NCBI GenBank assembly: GCA_039797215.1
Contig: JBDKIG010000001.1
Span: forward strand, 6,050 to 70,049
Source: Verrucomicrobiota bacterium
Lineage (GTDB): Bacteria; Verrucomicrobiota; Verrucomicrobiia; Chthoniobacterales; Terrimicrobiaceae
Length of the DNA: 64,000 nucleotides
Reading direction: 5' to 3'
The position numbers and the translations under genes are program-made. A model generated the notes under the pieces. The model did not search any database, was not told the DNA's origin, and saw only the letters and a list, made by a program, of their open reading frames with translations. This document shows positions 27,487 to 38,128 of the stretch, one piece after another. Within the stretch, counting starts at the first letter, position 1. Each line of letters begins with the position of its first letter.

Positions 27487-28602
27487 ATGATTCCAGCCGC
27501 CGACGATGTCCGGACTTGGGCGGAGATCGATCTCGATGCGATTCGCCAAAATGTTGGCGTGGTCCGACGGCGAATCGGTCCCTCGGCGGAAATCCTCGCC
27601 GTGGTAAAAGCCGACGCCTACGGGCACGGCGTGGCTCCCGTGGCCCGAACTCTCGCAGCCGAAGCGTCCATTTTCGGCGTGGCGAATCTCAAAGAGGCGC
27701 GGGATGTCGCGGCACTGGGGATCGGTCGCGACATCATGCTCCTCAGCGCATGCCTTCCCGCCGAGCGGCGCTGTGCGGTCGCGGAGAAATTTATTGTCAC
27801 CGTCTCGGGAGCCGAAGAAGCGGCGGCATTCGCGGACTGCGGAGCGGCTCGGATCAATTTCAAAATCGATACCGGCATGGGCCGCATCGGCTGCTCGGCG
27901 GACTCCACCCTGGAGGCTCTGCGGGCAGTCCGGGAAATGCGAAATCTCGAGGTGCATAGTATTTCCACCCACCTGCCGAGCGCGGATGAGGATTTGGTTT
28001 TCACCGGATCGCAGCTCGAGGAATTCGCCGCGTTGAAAAAACAAATTCGCGGGATTTTTCCCACCGCTAAAAACCATGCCCTCAACAGCGCGGGAATTTT
28101 GAACCACCATGTCGAACCTGGGGAGATTGTGCGTCCCGGCCTGATGCTCTACGGAGCGTCACCAATCCTCTCGATGCAAAAGGAACTCCGCCCGGCGCTG
28201 ACCTGGAAAGCCCGCGTGGCCATGGTGCGCGAGGTCGCGAAGGGGTCCTCGATCAGCTACGGACGCACCTTTATCACTCCGGAGCGAATGCGTGTGGCCG
28301 TTCTCGCCCTGGGCTACGCCGATGGGTTTCCCCGCCAAGCTTCAGGGAACGGCGCGTCGGTTCTTCTCCATGGGAAGCACTGCCCGATTCTCGGCCGGGT
28401 GACGATGGATCAGATCGTCGTCGATATTTCCGCAATGCCTGATGCCCAACCAGGCGATGCAGCCACTCTCGTGGGAAATGATGGCGACGAGGAAATCACC
28501 GCCACAGAACTCGCCGCACGCGCCGGCACGATTGCGTGGGATATTTTCACGGGCATCGGACAACGCGTTCAGCGTTTCCACCACGACTCGGCCGTTAATT
28601 GA
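27487..28602 (+). CDS. alr: Alanine racemase
   Basis: 371 aa with the PLP-lysine motif AVVKADAYGHG and the conserved C-terminal half (SISYGRTF ... GRVTMDQ). Confidence 0.93.
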   Translation: MIPAADDVRTWAEIDLDAIRQNVGVVRRRIGPSAEILAVVKADAYGHGVAPVARTLAAEASIFGVANLKEARDVAALGIGRDIMLLSACLPAERRCAVAEKFIVTVSGAEEAAAFADCGAARINFKIDTGMGRIGCSADSTLEALRAVREMRNLEVHSISTHLPSADEDLVFTGSQLEEFAALKKQIRGIFPTAKNHALNSAGILNHHVEPGEIVRPGLMLYGASPILSMQKELRPALTWKARVAMVREVAKGSSISYGRTFITPERMRVAVLALGYADGFPRQASGNGASVLLHGKHCPILGRVTMDQIVVDISAMPDAQPGDAATLVGNDGDEEITATELAARAGTIAWDIFTGIGQRVQRFHHDSAVN

Positions 28603-29002
28603 AAAAACGGATCGTCATCGGAAAACGGTAGAGGACTCCGTCGCTTGCCTTGATCGCTCCAAGGACTCCATAGATAACCCAAGCGACCAGAATAATCAGC
28701 GGGAATACGAGCGGAATAATCAAGCAGCCGAAGAGCGCCACGAAAATCCAGGACAGCGCCCACCACAGCGACCAGGAAATTTGGAAATTCAGAACATTCC
28801 GGCCAGCGGCATCGAGGCCGGGAACATCGTTTTTTTTCATCAACCACACGATCAGCGGACCGAGGATTTGGCCGAATCCCACCAGCAAAAATCCCGCCAG
28901 CGCGCTGATGTGCAAAATCGTGATCCATTGACGGGAATTCGGGGAGTCCACGGGCGGGGGCGGCGTTTCTTGATGCGGCGAGTCATCCATGCCGGAGAGC
29001 AT
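28595..29002 (-). CDS. DUF4870-domain membrane protein
   Basis: From the ATG at 29002 (or 28990): a Pro-rich N-terminus, then WITILHISALAGFLL...GPLIVWLMKKNDVPGLDAAGRNVLNFQISWSLW..., the typical DUF4870 (Tic20-like) pattern. The long upstream extension in the ORF track is rejected. Confidence 0.65.
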   Translation of the reverse strand: MLSGMDDSPHQETPPPPVDSPNSRQWITILHISALAGFLLVGFGQILGPLIVWLMKKNDVPGLDAAGRNVLNFQISWSLWWALSWIFVALFGCLIIPLVFPLIILVAWVIYGVLGAIKASDGVLYRFPMTIRFFN

Positions 29003-29165
29003 TTCAGCGATCCCGGCGGCGATCAAGGCGGGTGATTTCCCCGCACGGAAATTAAAGGCCCTTGCCGCTTGACCGATGTTGACGCACCCCCCATAGTTTC
29101 CGATTCCGAAAAAGTGAGGCGGTCGGGAAATCCATCCGCCAACACATTCCGGAACCGAGAGATTT

Positions 29166-30416
29166 ATGAATTCCGAACTCATCACAATGCTGGACCTGTT
29201 GGAGCGTGAAAAGGGCATCAAACGCGATGTTCTGATCGACGCCATTTCCACCGCCATCCTCGCGGCCTCGAAGAAAAATTTTACTGCCGGCACTCGGGAT
29301 CTTCGGATCGATATCGACCCGAAAAATGGTGGAATTCGCGCCATTGCGAAGCTTATCGCCCGCGAGAAACTGGATAATCCCCATGATGAAATCGCGATCG
29401 CCAAGGCCCGCACCATCAAGCCCGATGTGGTAGATGGCGAAGAGGTTGAAATCGAGGTAACGCCACGCGATTTCGGCCGCATCGCCGCCCAAGCCGCCCG
29501 CCAGGCAATCAATCAACGCCTCCGCCAGATCGAGCGCGAGATGATTTATGAGGAGTTCAAAGACCGCGCCGGGGAGATCGTCACGGGCACCGTCCGCCGT
29601 TTCGAGAAATCCGATGTGATCATCGACCTCGGCAAGTTCGAAGGCGTCATGCCCTCCCGCGAACGCGTCATGACTGAGGATTACAATGTTGGCGATCGTC
29701 TCCGCGCTTATGTTGTGGCCGTCGAAAGCGGCAACCGTGGCCCCGAAATCATCCTCTCCCGAAGCCACCCAAATTTTGTCCGTCGCCTTTTTGAACTCGA
29801 GGTCAGCGAAATCGCCGACCGCACCGTGGAACTCAAAGTCATCGCCCGCGAGGCCGGCTTCCGGACCAAGGTCGCCGTCCACAGCGCCGATCCGAAGGTC
29901 GACCCCGTTGGTGCCTGCGTCGGCATGCGCGGTGCCCGCGTCAAAAACATCGTCCGCGAACTCAACAACGAAAAAGTGGACATCATCCGCTGGGATCCGG
30001 ATCCGATGAAATTCATCACCGCAGCCCTCAAGCCCGCGAATATCCGATCGATCACCGCCAACGAGGCCAAGAAGACCATTCATGTGCTCGTGCCGAAAGA
30101 AGACCTCTCCGTCGCCATCGGCCGACGCGGTCAAAATGCCCGACTCACTTCGAAAATGTGCGGTTGGGATGTCGATATTCAAGAGGACAAACGCAAGGAA
30201 GAGGCCATGCAAAACCAAGCCGCCGAAGCAGCTCACTCGCTCGCCGGATCTCTTGGTATTAGCGAAGACGAAGCCAATATCCTGGCTAATGCCGGCATGA
30301 CCTCCATCGAGGTGATCCAACTCGCCGGCGCGGAGGATATCGCTGAAGCCCTCGGCGCCGATCTCGCCCTCGGACAACGCATCCTCGCAGCCGCCCAAGC
30401 GCTCCAAAAAGCCTAG
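29166..30416 (+). CDS. nusA: Transcription termination/antitermination factor NusA
   Basis: 416 aa with N-terminal, S1 and two KH regions (VTGTVRRFEKSDVIIDLG; DPVGACVGMRGARVKNIVREL). Confidence 0.97.
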   Translation: MNSELITMLDLLEREKGIKRDVLIDAISTAILAASKKNFTAGTRDLRIDIDPKNGGIRAIAKLIAREKLDNPHDEIAIAKARTIKPDVVDGEEVEIEVTPRDFGRIAAQAARQAINQRLRQIEREMIYEEFKDRAGEIVTGTVRRFEKSDVIIDLGKFEGVMPSRERVMTEDYNVGDRLRAYVVAVESGNRGPEIILSRSHPNFVRRLFELEVSEIADRTVELKVIAREAGFRTKVAVHSADPKVDPVGACVGMRGARVKNIVRELNNEKVDIIRWDPDPMKFITAALKPANIRSITANEAKKTIHVLVPKEDLSVAIGRRGQNARLTSKMCGWDVDIQEDKRKEEAMQNQAAEAAHSLAGSLGISEDEANILANAGMTSIEVIQLAGAEDIAEALGADLALGQRILAAAQALQKA

Positions 30417-30452
30417 GGAGTATGAAAACCTGCTCCCTTCCGAAAAATTATC

Positions 30453-32606
30453 ATGGCAGAGAAAACCAAGAAAAAAACTACCGAAAGCAAGCCGACGGCG
30501 ACCGCCCGGCGTTCGGGCGCTTCCACGCGTTCCACCCGTCCGGCCGCTGAATCACCGGCTCCTACCCCTGCCAAAGAAAAGGAACCCAAAGTCCAAGGCC
30601 CGACCGTCGATCTTCTAAATCCGGAGAAAAAGGTCAAAAAAGTCTCCACCCGCGCGGGCATCAAGCCGTTCATCAAGCCACTTGGCTCGAAAACCCCGCC
30701 AACTCCTCCCCCACCCGCTCCCGAGCCCGAGCCTGTCGTCGAATCCGCTCCCGAGCCCGAGCCTGTCGTCTCCATCGAGCCTCAGGAGCCCGAGGTGCCA
30801 ACAGTCACCGAGGACGCATCCGGCAAAAAAATCCTCCAAGTCAAGCCACCGGTCAGCGTCAAAGTCCTCGCCGAACTTCTCGGCCTCAAGCCATTCCAGC
30901 TCATCAAGGACCTCATGTCCTTGCAGATTTTCGCGAATCTCAACCAAACCGTAGAGGCCGATGTCGTTGCCAAGGTTTGCGACATTCACGGCTTCATTTT
31001 CGAGCGAGAGAAAAAAGACACCTCCAAAGGCCACCACAAAGTCGAGCAGAAGGTCGAAATCCCAAAAGCTCCCGAGCCCGAGAAACTCGTCGACAAGCTT
31101 CAATCCCGCGCCCCGATCATTACTTTCATGGGCCATGTCGACCATGGCAAAACCTCGCTCCTCGATGCCATTCGCAAAGCCCGTGTGGCCGCCGGTGAAG
31201 CGGGTGGAATCACCCAGCACATCGGTGCCTACAGCGTGAACCGCAAGGGCCACAAAATTACTTTCCTAGACACCCCGGGCCACGCTGCCTTCACCGCCAT
31301 GCGTGCCCGAGGCGCCAATGTCACCGACATCGTGATCATCGTCGTCGCTGCCGACGACGGCCTCATGCCGCAAACACTCGAGGCCATTTCCCACGCCAAG
31401 GCCGCGAAGGTGAAAATCATGGTCGCCATCAACAAAATCGACCTCGCCTCCGCAAATCCCGATCGCGTCAAAAAACAACTCCAAGAGCAGGGTCTCACTC
31501 CCGAGGACTGGGGTGGCGATACGATTTGTATTCCTGTCAGCGCCACCAAAGGCACCGGCATCGAAGAACTTCTCGACCTCATGCTTCTCGAAGCCGAAAT
31601 GCTCGAACTCAAAGCCAGCGCCTCCGTGGACGCCCGCGCCACTGTCATTGAGGCACAGGTCGAGCAGGGCCGCGGCCCGACCGCTACAGTCATCGTCCGC
31701 ATGGGCACCCTTCGCTACGGCGATGTGTTCATTTGCGGCAACCACTGGGGCAAGGTAAAACAACTCATCGACGACCTCGGCAAGCCCGTGAAAGAGGCCG
31801 GTCCCTCCACTCCGGTGAAGATTCTTGGCCTCAGCGGACTGCCCAACGCCGGCGACGAACTCGTCGTGATGGAATCGGAAAAATCCGCCCGCATTCACAG
31901 CGAGGAACGCCTTTCCGATCTCCGCGATTCAAAGCTCTCGACCCCGCAACGCGCCACTCTCGAGAACCTCTTTGCCAGCATCGCCTCGGAGGCCAAACCC
32001 TCCCTCAACGCGATCATCAAATGCGATGTCCAAGGCTCCCTCGAAGCCGTTGTCAACTCCCTCAAGGATATCCCTCAAAAGAAAATCTCCCTCGAGATCA
32101 TCCACTCCGCCGTGGGTCCGATCACGGAGTCGGATGTCCTCCTCGCCAGCGCGTCGAACGCCATCATCATCGGCTTCGGCACGAAGACAGAAAACACCGC
32201 TGCGCAGGCCGCCAAGCGCGAAGGCATCCAGATCAAACTCTACAGCATCATCTACGAATTGATCGACCAAGTGCGCGAAGCCATGAGCGGATTGCTCGCT
32301 CCGGAACACCGCGAAACCGTCATCGGCCACGCCGAGGTGAAGCAGGTTTTCGACCTCACCAAAGGCAAGGTTGCGGGTTGCGTGGTGCTCGACGGCCGCA
32401 TCGCCCGCACCGCCCGTGCCCGTGTGTTGCGCCGCAAGCAGCCGATCTACGACGGCGGCCTCGCTACGCTTCGCCGTTTCACCGACGATGTGAAAGAGGT
32501 TCGCTCCGGTCTCGAGTGCGGCATCAAGCTGGGCGACTTTTCCGAATATCTGCCCGAGGACATCATCGAGTGCTACACACTCGAGAAAGTCCCTCAGCAA
32601 CTCTGA
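30453..32606 (+). CDS. infB: Translation initiation factor IF-2
   Basis: 717 aa with a low-complexity Pro/Glu/Lys N-terminus and a G domain ([24 protein letters not shown]). Confidence 0.97.
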   Translation: MAEKTKKKTTESKPTATARRSGASTRSTRPAAESPAPTPAKEKEPKVQGPTVDLLNPEKKVKKVSTRAGIKPFIKPLGSKTPPTPPPPAPEPEPVVESAPEPEPVVSIEPQEPEVPTVTEDASGKKILQVKPPVSVKVLAELLGLKPFQLIKDLMSLQIFANLNQTVEADVVAKVCDIHGFIFEREKKDTSKGHHKVEQKVEIPKAPEPEKLVDKLQSRAPIITFMGHVDHGKTSLLDAIRKARVAAGEAGGITQHIGAYSVNRKGHKITFLDTPGHAAFTAMRARGANVTDIVIIVVAADDGLMPQTLEAISHAKAAKVKIMVAINKIDLASANPDRVKKQLQEQGLTPEDWGGDTICIPVSATKGTGIEELLDLMLLEAEMLELKASASVDARATVIEAQVEQGRGPTATVIVRMGTLRYGDVFICGNHWGKVKQLIDDLGKPVKEAGPSTPVKILGLSGLPNAGDELVVMESEKSARIHSEERLSDLRDSKLSTPQRATLENLFASIASEAKPSLNAIIKCDVQGSLEAVVNSLKDIPQKKISLEIIHSAVGPITESDVLLASASNAIIIGFGTKTENTAAQAAKREGIQIKLYSIIYELIDQVREAMSGLLAPEHRETVIGHAEVKQVFDLTKGKVAGCVVLDGRIARTARARVLRRKQPIYDGGLATLRRFTDDVKEVRSGLECGIKLGDFSEYLPEDIIECYTLEKVPQQL
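30717..30776 (+). repeat. In-frame 30-nt tandem duplication inside infB
   Basis: GCTCCCGAGCCCGAGCCTGTCGTC occurs at 30717..30740 and again at 30747..30770 with period 30, encoding [20 protein letters not shown]. Confidence 0.85.
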
Positions 32607-32643
32607 TCCAACCGGCGCGGCCCGACCCGCGCCACCCAGCTTT

Positions 32644-32997
32644 ATGAAAAACCGCCTCGCCAGGGTGTGTGAAGTCCTCAAACGCGAAATCGGAGTCCTC
32701 GCCACGCGAGACTTCGATTTTCACGGCGACCTCATCACGATTTCCTCAGTGGATATCACGCCGGACCTCAAGCAGGCCCATGTTTACATCTCCGCACTCG
32801 GCTCCCCCGGAGCGAGTCGCCGCGCGCTGGAAATGTTTGAGAAAAACCGCACCCACCTGCAGACCGAACTCTCCCGCCGGGTGCAGATCAAACACACACC
32901 CCATCTCCATTTCCACATGGACGAGTCGATCGAGCGCGGCACCCGCGTGATCGGCATCATGGAAGAACTCGGCCTCCTCGACGAACCCAAGAAATGA
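32644..32997 (+). CDS. rbfA: Ribosome-binding factor A
   Basis: 117 aa with RLARVCEVLKREI...VDITPDLKQAHVYIS, directly after infB. Confidence 0.93.
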   Translation: MKNRLARVCEVLKREIGVLATRDFDFHGDLITISSVDITPDLKQAHVYISALGSPGASRRALEMFEKNRTHLQTELSRRVQIKHTPHLHFHMDESIERGTRVIGIMEELGLLDEPKK

Positions 32998-33968
32998 CAA
33001 CCTTCGAATCCATCGCTGATACTATCCGCGCCGCCCAAACAATTGGCGTTGCCAGCCACCTCCGCCCGGACGCCGACGCGCTCGGCTCGACCATCGCCTT
33101 CACCCTCTGGCTTCAATCCCTCGGCAAAACCGTCCACGCCTTGAACGAGGAGGGCTCGACCTCGAAATTCCATTACCTCCCCGGCCACGAACTCGTCACC
33201 CTTCCACCAGCCACGCCGCAGAAGTTCGATGTCTTCGTCGCCCTCGACACCTCGGTGAAAAACCGCCTCGGCACCGTGCTCGAGGCCATTGCCCCCGGCA
33301 CGCCGCTCATCAATATCGATCACCATGTGAGCAACGAGAACTACGGCGACCAGAATTTCATCGACCCCACCGCGCCAGCCACCGGCCAAATCCTCGTGGA
33401 GTTTTTCCAGAAGATCGGTGCCCCGATCACCCGCGACATGGCGACCAACCTTTTTGCTGCGATTTCCACCGACACCGGCTCGTTCCAATACGCCGGAACG
33501 AACGAGCGGACCTTCGCCGCCGCCTCGCATCTCATCGCGTGCGGCGTCGATGTCCCCGGCCTCTCCCGGGCGATGTATGACAGCCAGCCGCGCCGCCGTT
33601 TCAACCTCCTGCGCCACGCGCTGAACACCGCCGAGTTTCATTCCGAGGACCGGATCGCCACTTTCTCCCTGCCGTTGGATGTCGTCGAGGAACTCCAAGT
33701 CCTCCCCGAAGACAACGAAGGCATCATCGACCACCTCCGCTCGATCGAAGGCGTCGAGGCGGCCGTGTTTTTCGAGGAACTTCCCGAAAACAAGGTCCGC
33801 GTCAGCGCCCGCTCGAAAATCCCGGCTATCGATGTCTGCAAGGTCTGCAAGCAATTCCAGGGCGGCGGCCATCCGATGGCCTCCGGCGCCCGCGTCTCCG
33901 GCTCCCTCCAGCAGGTAAAACACGATTTTCTTAAAGCTCTCGATCATGAAATCCGGAACCGAAATTGA
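32994..33968 (+). CDS. nrnA: DHH/DHHA1-family phosphoesterase (NrnA-like oligoribonuclease/pAp phosphatase)
   Basis: It has HLRPDADALGS, IDHH and GGGHPMASG motifs, and an ATGA overlap with the rbfA stop. Confidence 0.85.
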   Translation: MTTFESIADTIRAAQTIGVASHLRPDADALGSTIAFTLWLQSLGKTVHALNEEGSTSKFHYLPGHELVTLPPATPQKFDVFVALDTSVKNRLGTVLEAIAPGTPLINIDHHVSNENYGDQNFIDPTAPATGQILVEFFQKIGAPITRDMATNLFAAISTDTGSFQYAGTNERTFAAASHLIACGVDVPGLSRAMYDSQPRRRFNLLRHALNTAEFHSEDRIATFSLPLDVVEELQVLPEDNEGIIDHLRSIEGVEAAVFFEELPENKVRVSARSKIPAIDVCKVCKQFQGGGHPMASGARVSGSLQQVKHDFLKALDHEIRNRN

Positions 33969-34668
33969 CGGCGTTCTCCTTGTGGACAAGGCGCCAGGGA
34001 TGACCTCGCATGATGTCGTCGCCATCACCCGCCGCGCCCTCGACACCAAAAAAGTCGGCCACTGCGGCACGCTCGATCCCCTCGCGACCGGGCTCCTGAT
34101 CCTCACCCTCGGCCGGGGCACAAAAATCCAGGACCTCCTCATGAGCGAGGACAAGGAGTATGTCGGCACCCTCCGACTCGGCGAGACGACCGACAGCCAA
34201 GACTCCGACGGCCAGATCTCGGAAACCAAGCCCGTGCCGGATTTTTCCCAGGATCAAATCGAAGCCGCCTTCTTAAAATTCCATGGCGATTTCTACCAGA
34301 CTCCGCCCATGGTCAGCGCGATCAAGAAAGACGGCGTGCCGCTCTACAAGCTCGCCCGCCAAGGCAAGACCGTGGAACGCGAACCGCGCTTCGTGCATGT
34401 CTACGCCCATGAGATTCAGACGCTCCGCTTGCCGGAAATCGATTTCCGCGTCGTTTGCAGCAAGGGTTTCTATGTCCGCACCTACGCCCACGACATCGGG
34501 CAGGAGCTTGGTTGCGGCGCGCATCTGAAATCCCTCCGCCGCACGAAATCCGGCCGTTTCTCGGTGGATGGCGCGGCCACAGTGGATGAACTCAAGAACG
34601 GCCCGCGCGAGGCGATCCTTCAGCGCGTTCTCAGCCTGCCTGCCGTCTCCCGACTCCGAGGCGCGTGA
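33946..34668 (+). CDS. truB: tRNA pseudouridine(55) synthase
   Basis: GVLLVDKAPGMTSHDVV...GHCGTLDPLATGLL, with the catalytic Asp motif. Confidence 0.93.
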   Translation: MKSGTEIDGVLLVDKAPGMTSHDVVAITRRALDTKKVGHCGTLDPLATGLLILTLGRGTKIQDLLMSEDKEYVGTLRLGETTDSQDSDGQISETKPVPDFSQDQIEAAFLKFHGDFYQTPPMVSAIKKDGVPLYKLARQGKTVEREPRFVHVYAHEIQTLRLPEIDFRVVCSKGFYVRTYAHDIGQELGCGAHLKSLRRTKSGRFSVDGAATVDELKNGPREAILQRVLSLPAVSRLRGA

Positions 34669-35609
34669 TGCGCGTTCTCCGCTCCATCGAGGGATTGGCG
34701 GAAATATCGGGTCCCGTAGTCATCGCTGCCGGGGTTTTCGACGGGATGCACCTCGGCCACCGGATGGTTTTCGAAACTGCCCAGCGCGAATCCCAAAAGC
34801 TCGCTGCCACCGCCGTGGCGCTGACCTTTGATCCCCACCCCGCGACGGTTCTCCGCCCGGATGCTGTGCCGGGCCTGCTCACGCCGACGCCGTTCAAGCT
34901 GCGCCTCATGGAGCGAATGGGATTCACTCACGCATTGGTGCTGACCTTCGACAAGGAATTCGCCGCCCTGCAGGCCGTGGATTTCGTCGAGGGACTCTGC
35001 GCCGCTGCGAATCCCCTCGTCGGCATTTGCATCGGAGAGGGCTGGACCTTTGGAAACCAGCGCCAGGGCAACATCGCCCTCCTCCGTCAAATCGGCCTCG
35101 AAAAAAATTTCTTCACCTGCGAGGTCCCGCCCGTTCGTATCAACGGCATGGTGATTAGTAGCACGATGATCCGGCTCGCCCTTTCCGAAGGACGCCTCGC
35201 CGACGCTGCTCAACTTCTCGGGCGAGACCATGCCATCTCCGGCCCCGTCCTTCGCGGCGCGGGCTTGGGTCGCCAAATCGGATTCCCCACTGCGAATCTC
35301 GCCACCGATCACCTCCAACTCCCGCCCGACGGAGTGTATGCCGTCGAGGTTTTGGTCGAAGGAAAAACCCATCCCGGCGTGGCCAACCTCGGCGTGCGGC
35401 CAACGGTCGATCAAACCCGAACCCGGCTTTTGGAAATCCATCTTTTTGATTACGCAGGCGACCTCTACGACCGCGAGGTTGAGGTGCGGCTGAAACATTT
35501 TCTCCGGCCCGAGCAGCGCTTCGAATCGGTCGACCTGCTCCGCAGCCAGATCGCCCGCGACGCCGAGACCGCACGCGAATTCCTCGCCCAACAATCCGCC
35601 GCCGCATGA
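34665..35609 (+). CDS. ribF: Bifunctional riboflavin kinase/FAD synthetase
   Basis: It has GVFDGMHLGHR, GFPTANL and a C-terminal kinase region, and an ATGA overlap with the truB stop. Confidence 0.93.
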   Translation: MMRVLRSIEGLAEISGPVVIAAGVFDGMHLGHRMVFETAQRESQKLAATAVALTFDPHPATVLRPDAVPGLLTPTPFKLRLMERMGFTHALVLTFDKEFAALQAVDFVEGLCAAANPLVGICIGEGWTFGNQRQGNIALLRQIGLEKNFFTCEVPPVRINGMVISSTMIRLALSEGRLADAAQLLGRDHAISGPVLRGAGLGRQIGFPTANLATDHLQLPPDGVYAVEVLVEGKTHPGVANLGVRPTVDQTRTRLLEIHLFDYAGDLYDREVEVRLKHFLRPEQRFESVDLLRSQIARDAETAREFLAQQSAAA

Positions 35610-38122
35610 GCGCGCTCTGGCACTTCCGCACCTTTGACGAAAACTTTGGTCCGGACGGCCAGCCCCGCGAGGTTTATCGCGACTTATTTGAACGCCTGAA
35701 CCGCATCCCTCGCCATGAGGTGCATGCTCTGGATGGCCGACTCGAAGCGACCATGCGCGAGATGGGTGTGACCTTCGACATCCACCGCGAACTCCCTTGG
35801 TGCAAACGCGGTTGGTTTTGCGACCTGCTTCCACAGATTTTCACCCCTGCCGAATGGGAGCCTCTCGCCGCCGGAATCCGCCAGCGCCTTCGCGCTTTTG
35901 AGATGTTCCTGCAGGACATCCACTCGCAAAAACAAATCCTCCTCGATGGCATCATCCCCGAGGGCCCGGTCCTCGGCAGCGAGTATTTCCAGCGAGCCGC
36001 GTGCGGCGTTCCCTCGCCTGGCGGCGCCTTTTTGCACCTCAGCGGTGTCGCTGTTTGTCGGTTACCCAGCGGCCAACTCGCCGTGAAGCACCATTACTTC
36101 AGCAACGCCTCGGGTATTTCCTACATGATGCAAAACCGTCGCGCGCTCACCCGCGTGATTCCGCAATCGTTTCAGGACACCGGCATCCACTCGATCTCGG
36201 ATGTGCCAACCGGAATCGTCGAAATGCTCCGTGCGCACTCGGATGATGCCGATCCGATGGTCGTGCTCCTCACGCCCGGGCCGCTCAGCCCCGCTTACTC
36301 CGAGCACTGCTTCCTTGGACGCCGCATGGGCATTCCGCTCGTGCAAGGCGGAGACCTCCTCGTTTTGAACGACAAGGTTTACATGAAAACCGTATCCGGT
36401 TTGAGCAAGGTGGATGTCATTTACACCCGCCTCTCCGACCACTGGCTGGACCCCATGACATTCCGGCGCGACTCGATGATCGGCGTGCCGGGCCTGGTTC
36501 ATTGCATCCGAAAAAAGAGCGTCTCGGTCGTGAATGCCATCGGCGCGCAACTCGCGGACGACCGCGCGATTCTCCCCTTCTCCACACAAATCATCCGCTA
36601 TTACCTCGCCGAGCGCCCGCTTCTGCCAACCGTTCCGACCTACTGGTTGGGCGATGTCGACCAGCGCCTGATGGTGCTCGACGATTTGGAGAATTTCACG
36701 ATTCGCATCCTCTACGGCGAACGAATCGTCCTGGGCGGCGACGGCAATTTACCAAGTCAGGAAAAACTCGAAACCGCCCGCCGGGAAATTCTCCAAAACC
36801 CCTCTCAGTTCGTCGCCCAACCCCAAACTTGCGACGCGGAGACGATTTCATTCCAAGACGGTGAACGACGACGCCGGCGACAGGACCACATCATTTTCTC
36901 TCTGCGCCAGGCCGACGGGGACCTCCGGGTTTTTCCGGGAGCGCTCACCCGAGTTTCCACCACCGAATCCGAATTTACCTCTTCGGAACTCGGCGGCGGC
37001 TCCAAGGATACCTGGGTTCAGGCCGGCGAGGACTCGCAACACGACGAGTGGGATGCCTCTCATCAGGCCGATGCTCAGATCCCTTCCCATGCTGTGACTA
37101 GCCGCGTAGCCGAGGCCTACTACTGGATCGGACGCTACCTCGAGCGTGCCTACGACCTCGCGGGAATGATTGGTGCCATCGAGTCTCTCGAGCTGGAGGA
37201 GTTGAATCCCGTCGAGCGCATGAACTACCGCCCGGTCTGGAACCGCATCCTGCCGATGCTGGAGGTCACCGGCTCTGCGTCTCGCCGCACCATCTCAAAC
37301 CCCGAGGGACGCTATCGCCTGACCTTCGATCCAGCCGAGCCCGGCTCGGTGCTGAGCACGATCCACCGCGCCTTTGCCAATGCCGAGTCGGTGCTCGAAA
37401 CCCTAAGCCTCGAAGCGTGGGGCGTAATGAGCCAACTGCGCGAGAGGTTCGATGCCGTTGTGTTCGATCCCACCGCGCCGATCGAAACTCTCGCCGGAAC
37501 CAGTCGCGAGATGTGCCTTTTCGCGAGGCAAGCGATACCCCAGTTTTTTGGAACCTCCAAAGTCACGATGCTCGCTGATGACGGATGGAGCTTTTGCGAG
37601 ATCGGACAGTTGATCGAGCGCGCAAATATCACAGCCAACGCCACGACCTCGCTCTCCGCTTCCCTGATCGATCCCGCTGGGAATCCTCACGCTCCTCACG
37701 CGCGTGAAATTCGCCTCTCGGCGTTTCTCCGAATGCTCGGCAGCCGTGACATCTACCGCCGCGTTTACCAAATGCGCATCGAGCCACTCCCGATGCTCGA
37801 ACTGCTGTGGAAAAATCCCGTCGCGCCCCGATCCGTTCTACGATGCCTCAACGGGTGCGTCTCCCGAATCCGCGAGAGTGAAAGCAATCTTTCCCAATCC
37901 ACCAGCCGCGCCATCGGAGAGATCGAGGCCCTCCTCCAATCCATCCGCTGCACCGATTGGGAGTCACTCTTGGACTCCCCGACAATCGGCTCCGCGAAGC
38001 CCAGGCTCCAGGCCCACTCCGAGGATTTGCTGGCTCGCCTCCTTGCCCTCCACACGACGATTTGCGACAGCTTCTTGAACCATCAAGTGCTCATCCACGG
38101 CGAAACGGAAACGCTTCTGTAA
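35606..38122 (+). CDS. Fusion protein: circularly permuted type-2 ATP-grasp domain + alpha-E domain
   Basis: 838 aa. The N-terminal roughly 480 aa resemble CP_ATPgrasp_2 proteins (…VYRDLFERL…, IPLVQGGDLLV.NDKVYMKT..GL.KVDVIYTRL…, VNAIGAQLADDRAILPF). The C-terminal roughly 320 aa start with the alpha-E hallmark SRVAEAYYWIGRYLERA. Its ATG overlaps the ribF stop (ATGA). Confidence 0.85.
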   Translation: MSALWHFRTFDENFGPDGQPREVYRDLFERLNRIPRHEVHALDGRLEATMREMGVTFDIHRELPWCKRGWFCDLLPQIFTPAEWEPLAAGIRQRLRAFEMFLQDIHSQKQILLDGIIPEGPVLGSEYFQRAACGVPSPGGAFLHLSGVAVCRLPSGQLAVKHHYFSNASGISYMMQNRRALTRVIPQSFQDTGIHSISDVPTGIVEMLRAHSDDADPMVVLLTPGPLSPAYSEHCFLGRRMGIPLVQGGDLLVLNDKVYMKTVSGLSKVDVIYTRLSDHWLDPMTFRRDSMIGVPGLVHCIRKKSVSVVNAIGAQLADDRAILPFSTQIIRYYLAERPLLPTVPTYWLGDVDQRLMVLDDLENFTIRILYGERIVLGGDGNLPSQEKLETARREILQNPSQFVAQPQTCDAETISFQDGERRRRRQDHIIFSLRQADGDLRVFPGALTRVSTTESEFTSSELGGGSKDTWVQAGEDSQHDEWDASHQADAQIPSHAVTSRVAEAYYWIGRYLERAYDLAGMIGAIESLELEELNPVERMNYRPVWNRILPMLEVTGSASRRTISNPEGRYRLTFDPAEPGSVLSTIHRAFANAESVLETLSLEAWGVMSQLRERFDAVVFDPTAPIETLAGTSREMCLFARQAIPQFFGTSKVTMLADDGWSFCEIGQLIERANITANATTSLSASLIDPAGNPHAPHAREIRLSAFLRMLGSRDIYRRVYQMRIEPLPMLELLWKNPVAPRSVLRCLNGCVSRIRESESNLSQSTSRAIGEIEALLQSIRCTDWESLLDSPTIGSAKPRLQAHSEDLLARLLALHTTICDSFLNHQVLIHGETETLL

Positions 38123-38128
38123 AATCTC

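Noticed and set aside
29052-30407. A 451-aa minus-strand ORF.
   Set aside because: It is antisense to nusA, whose identity is unambiguous. Its composition is that of a shadow ORF (many G/D/A/E, no motifs).
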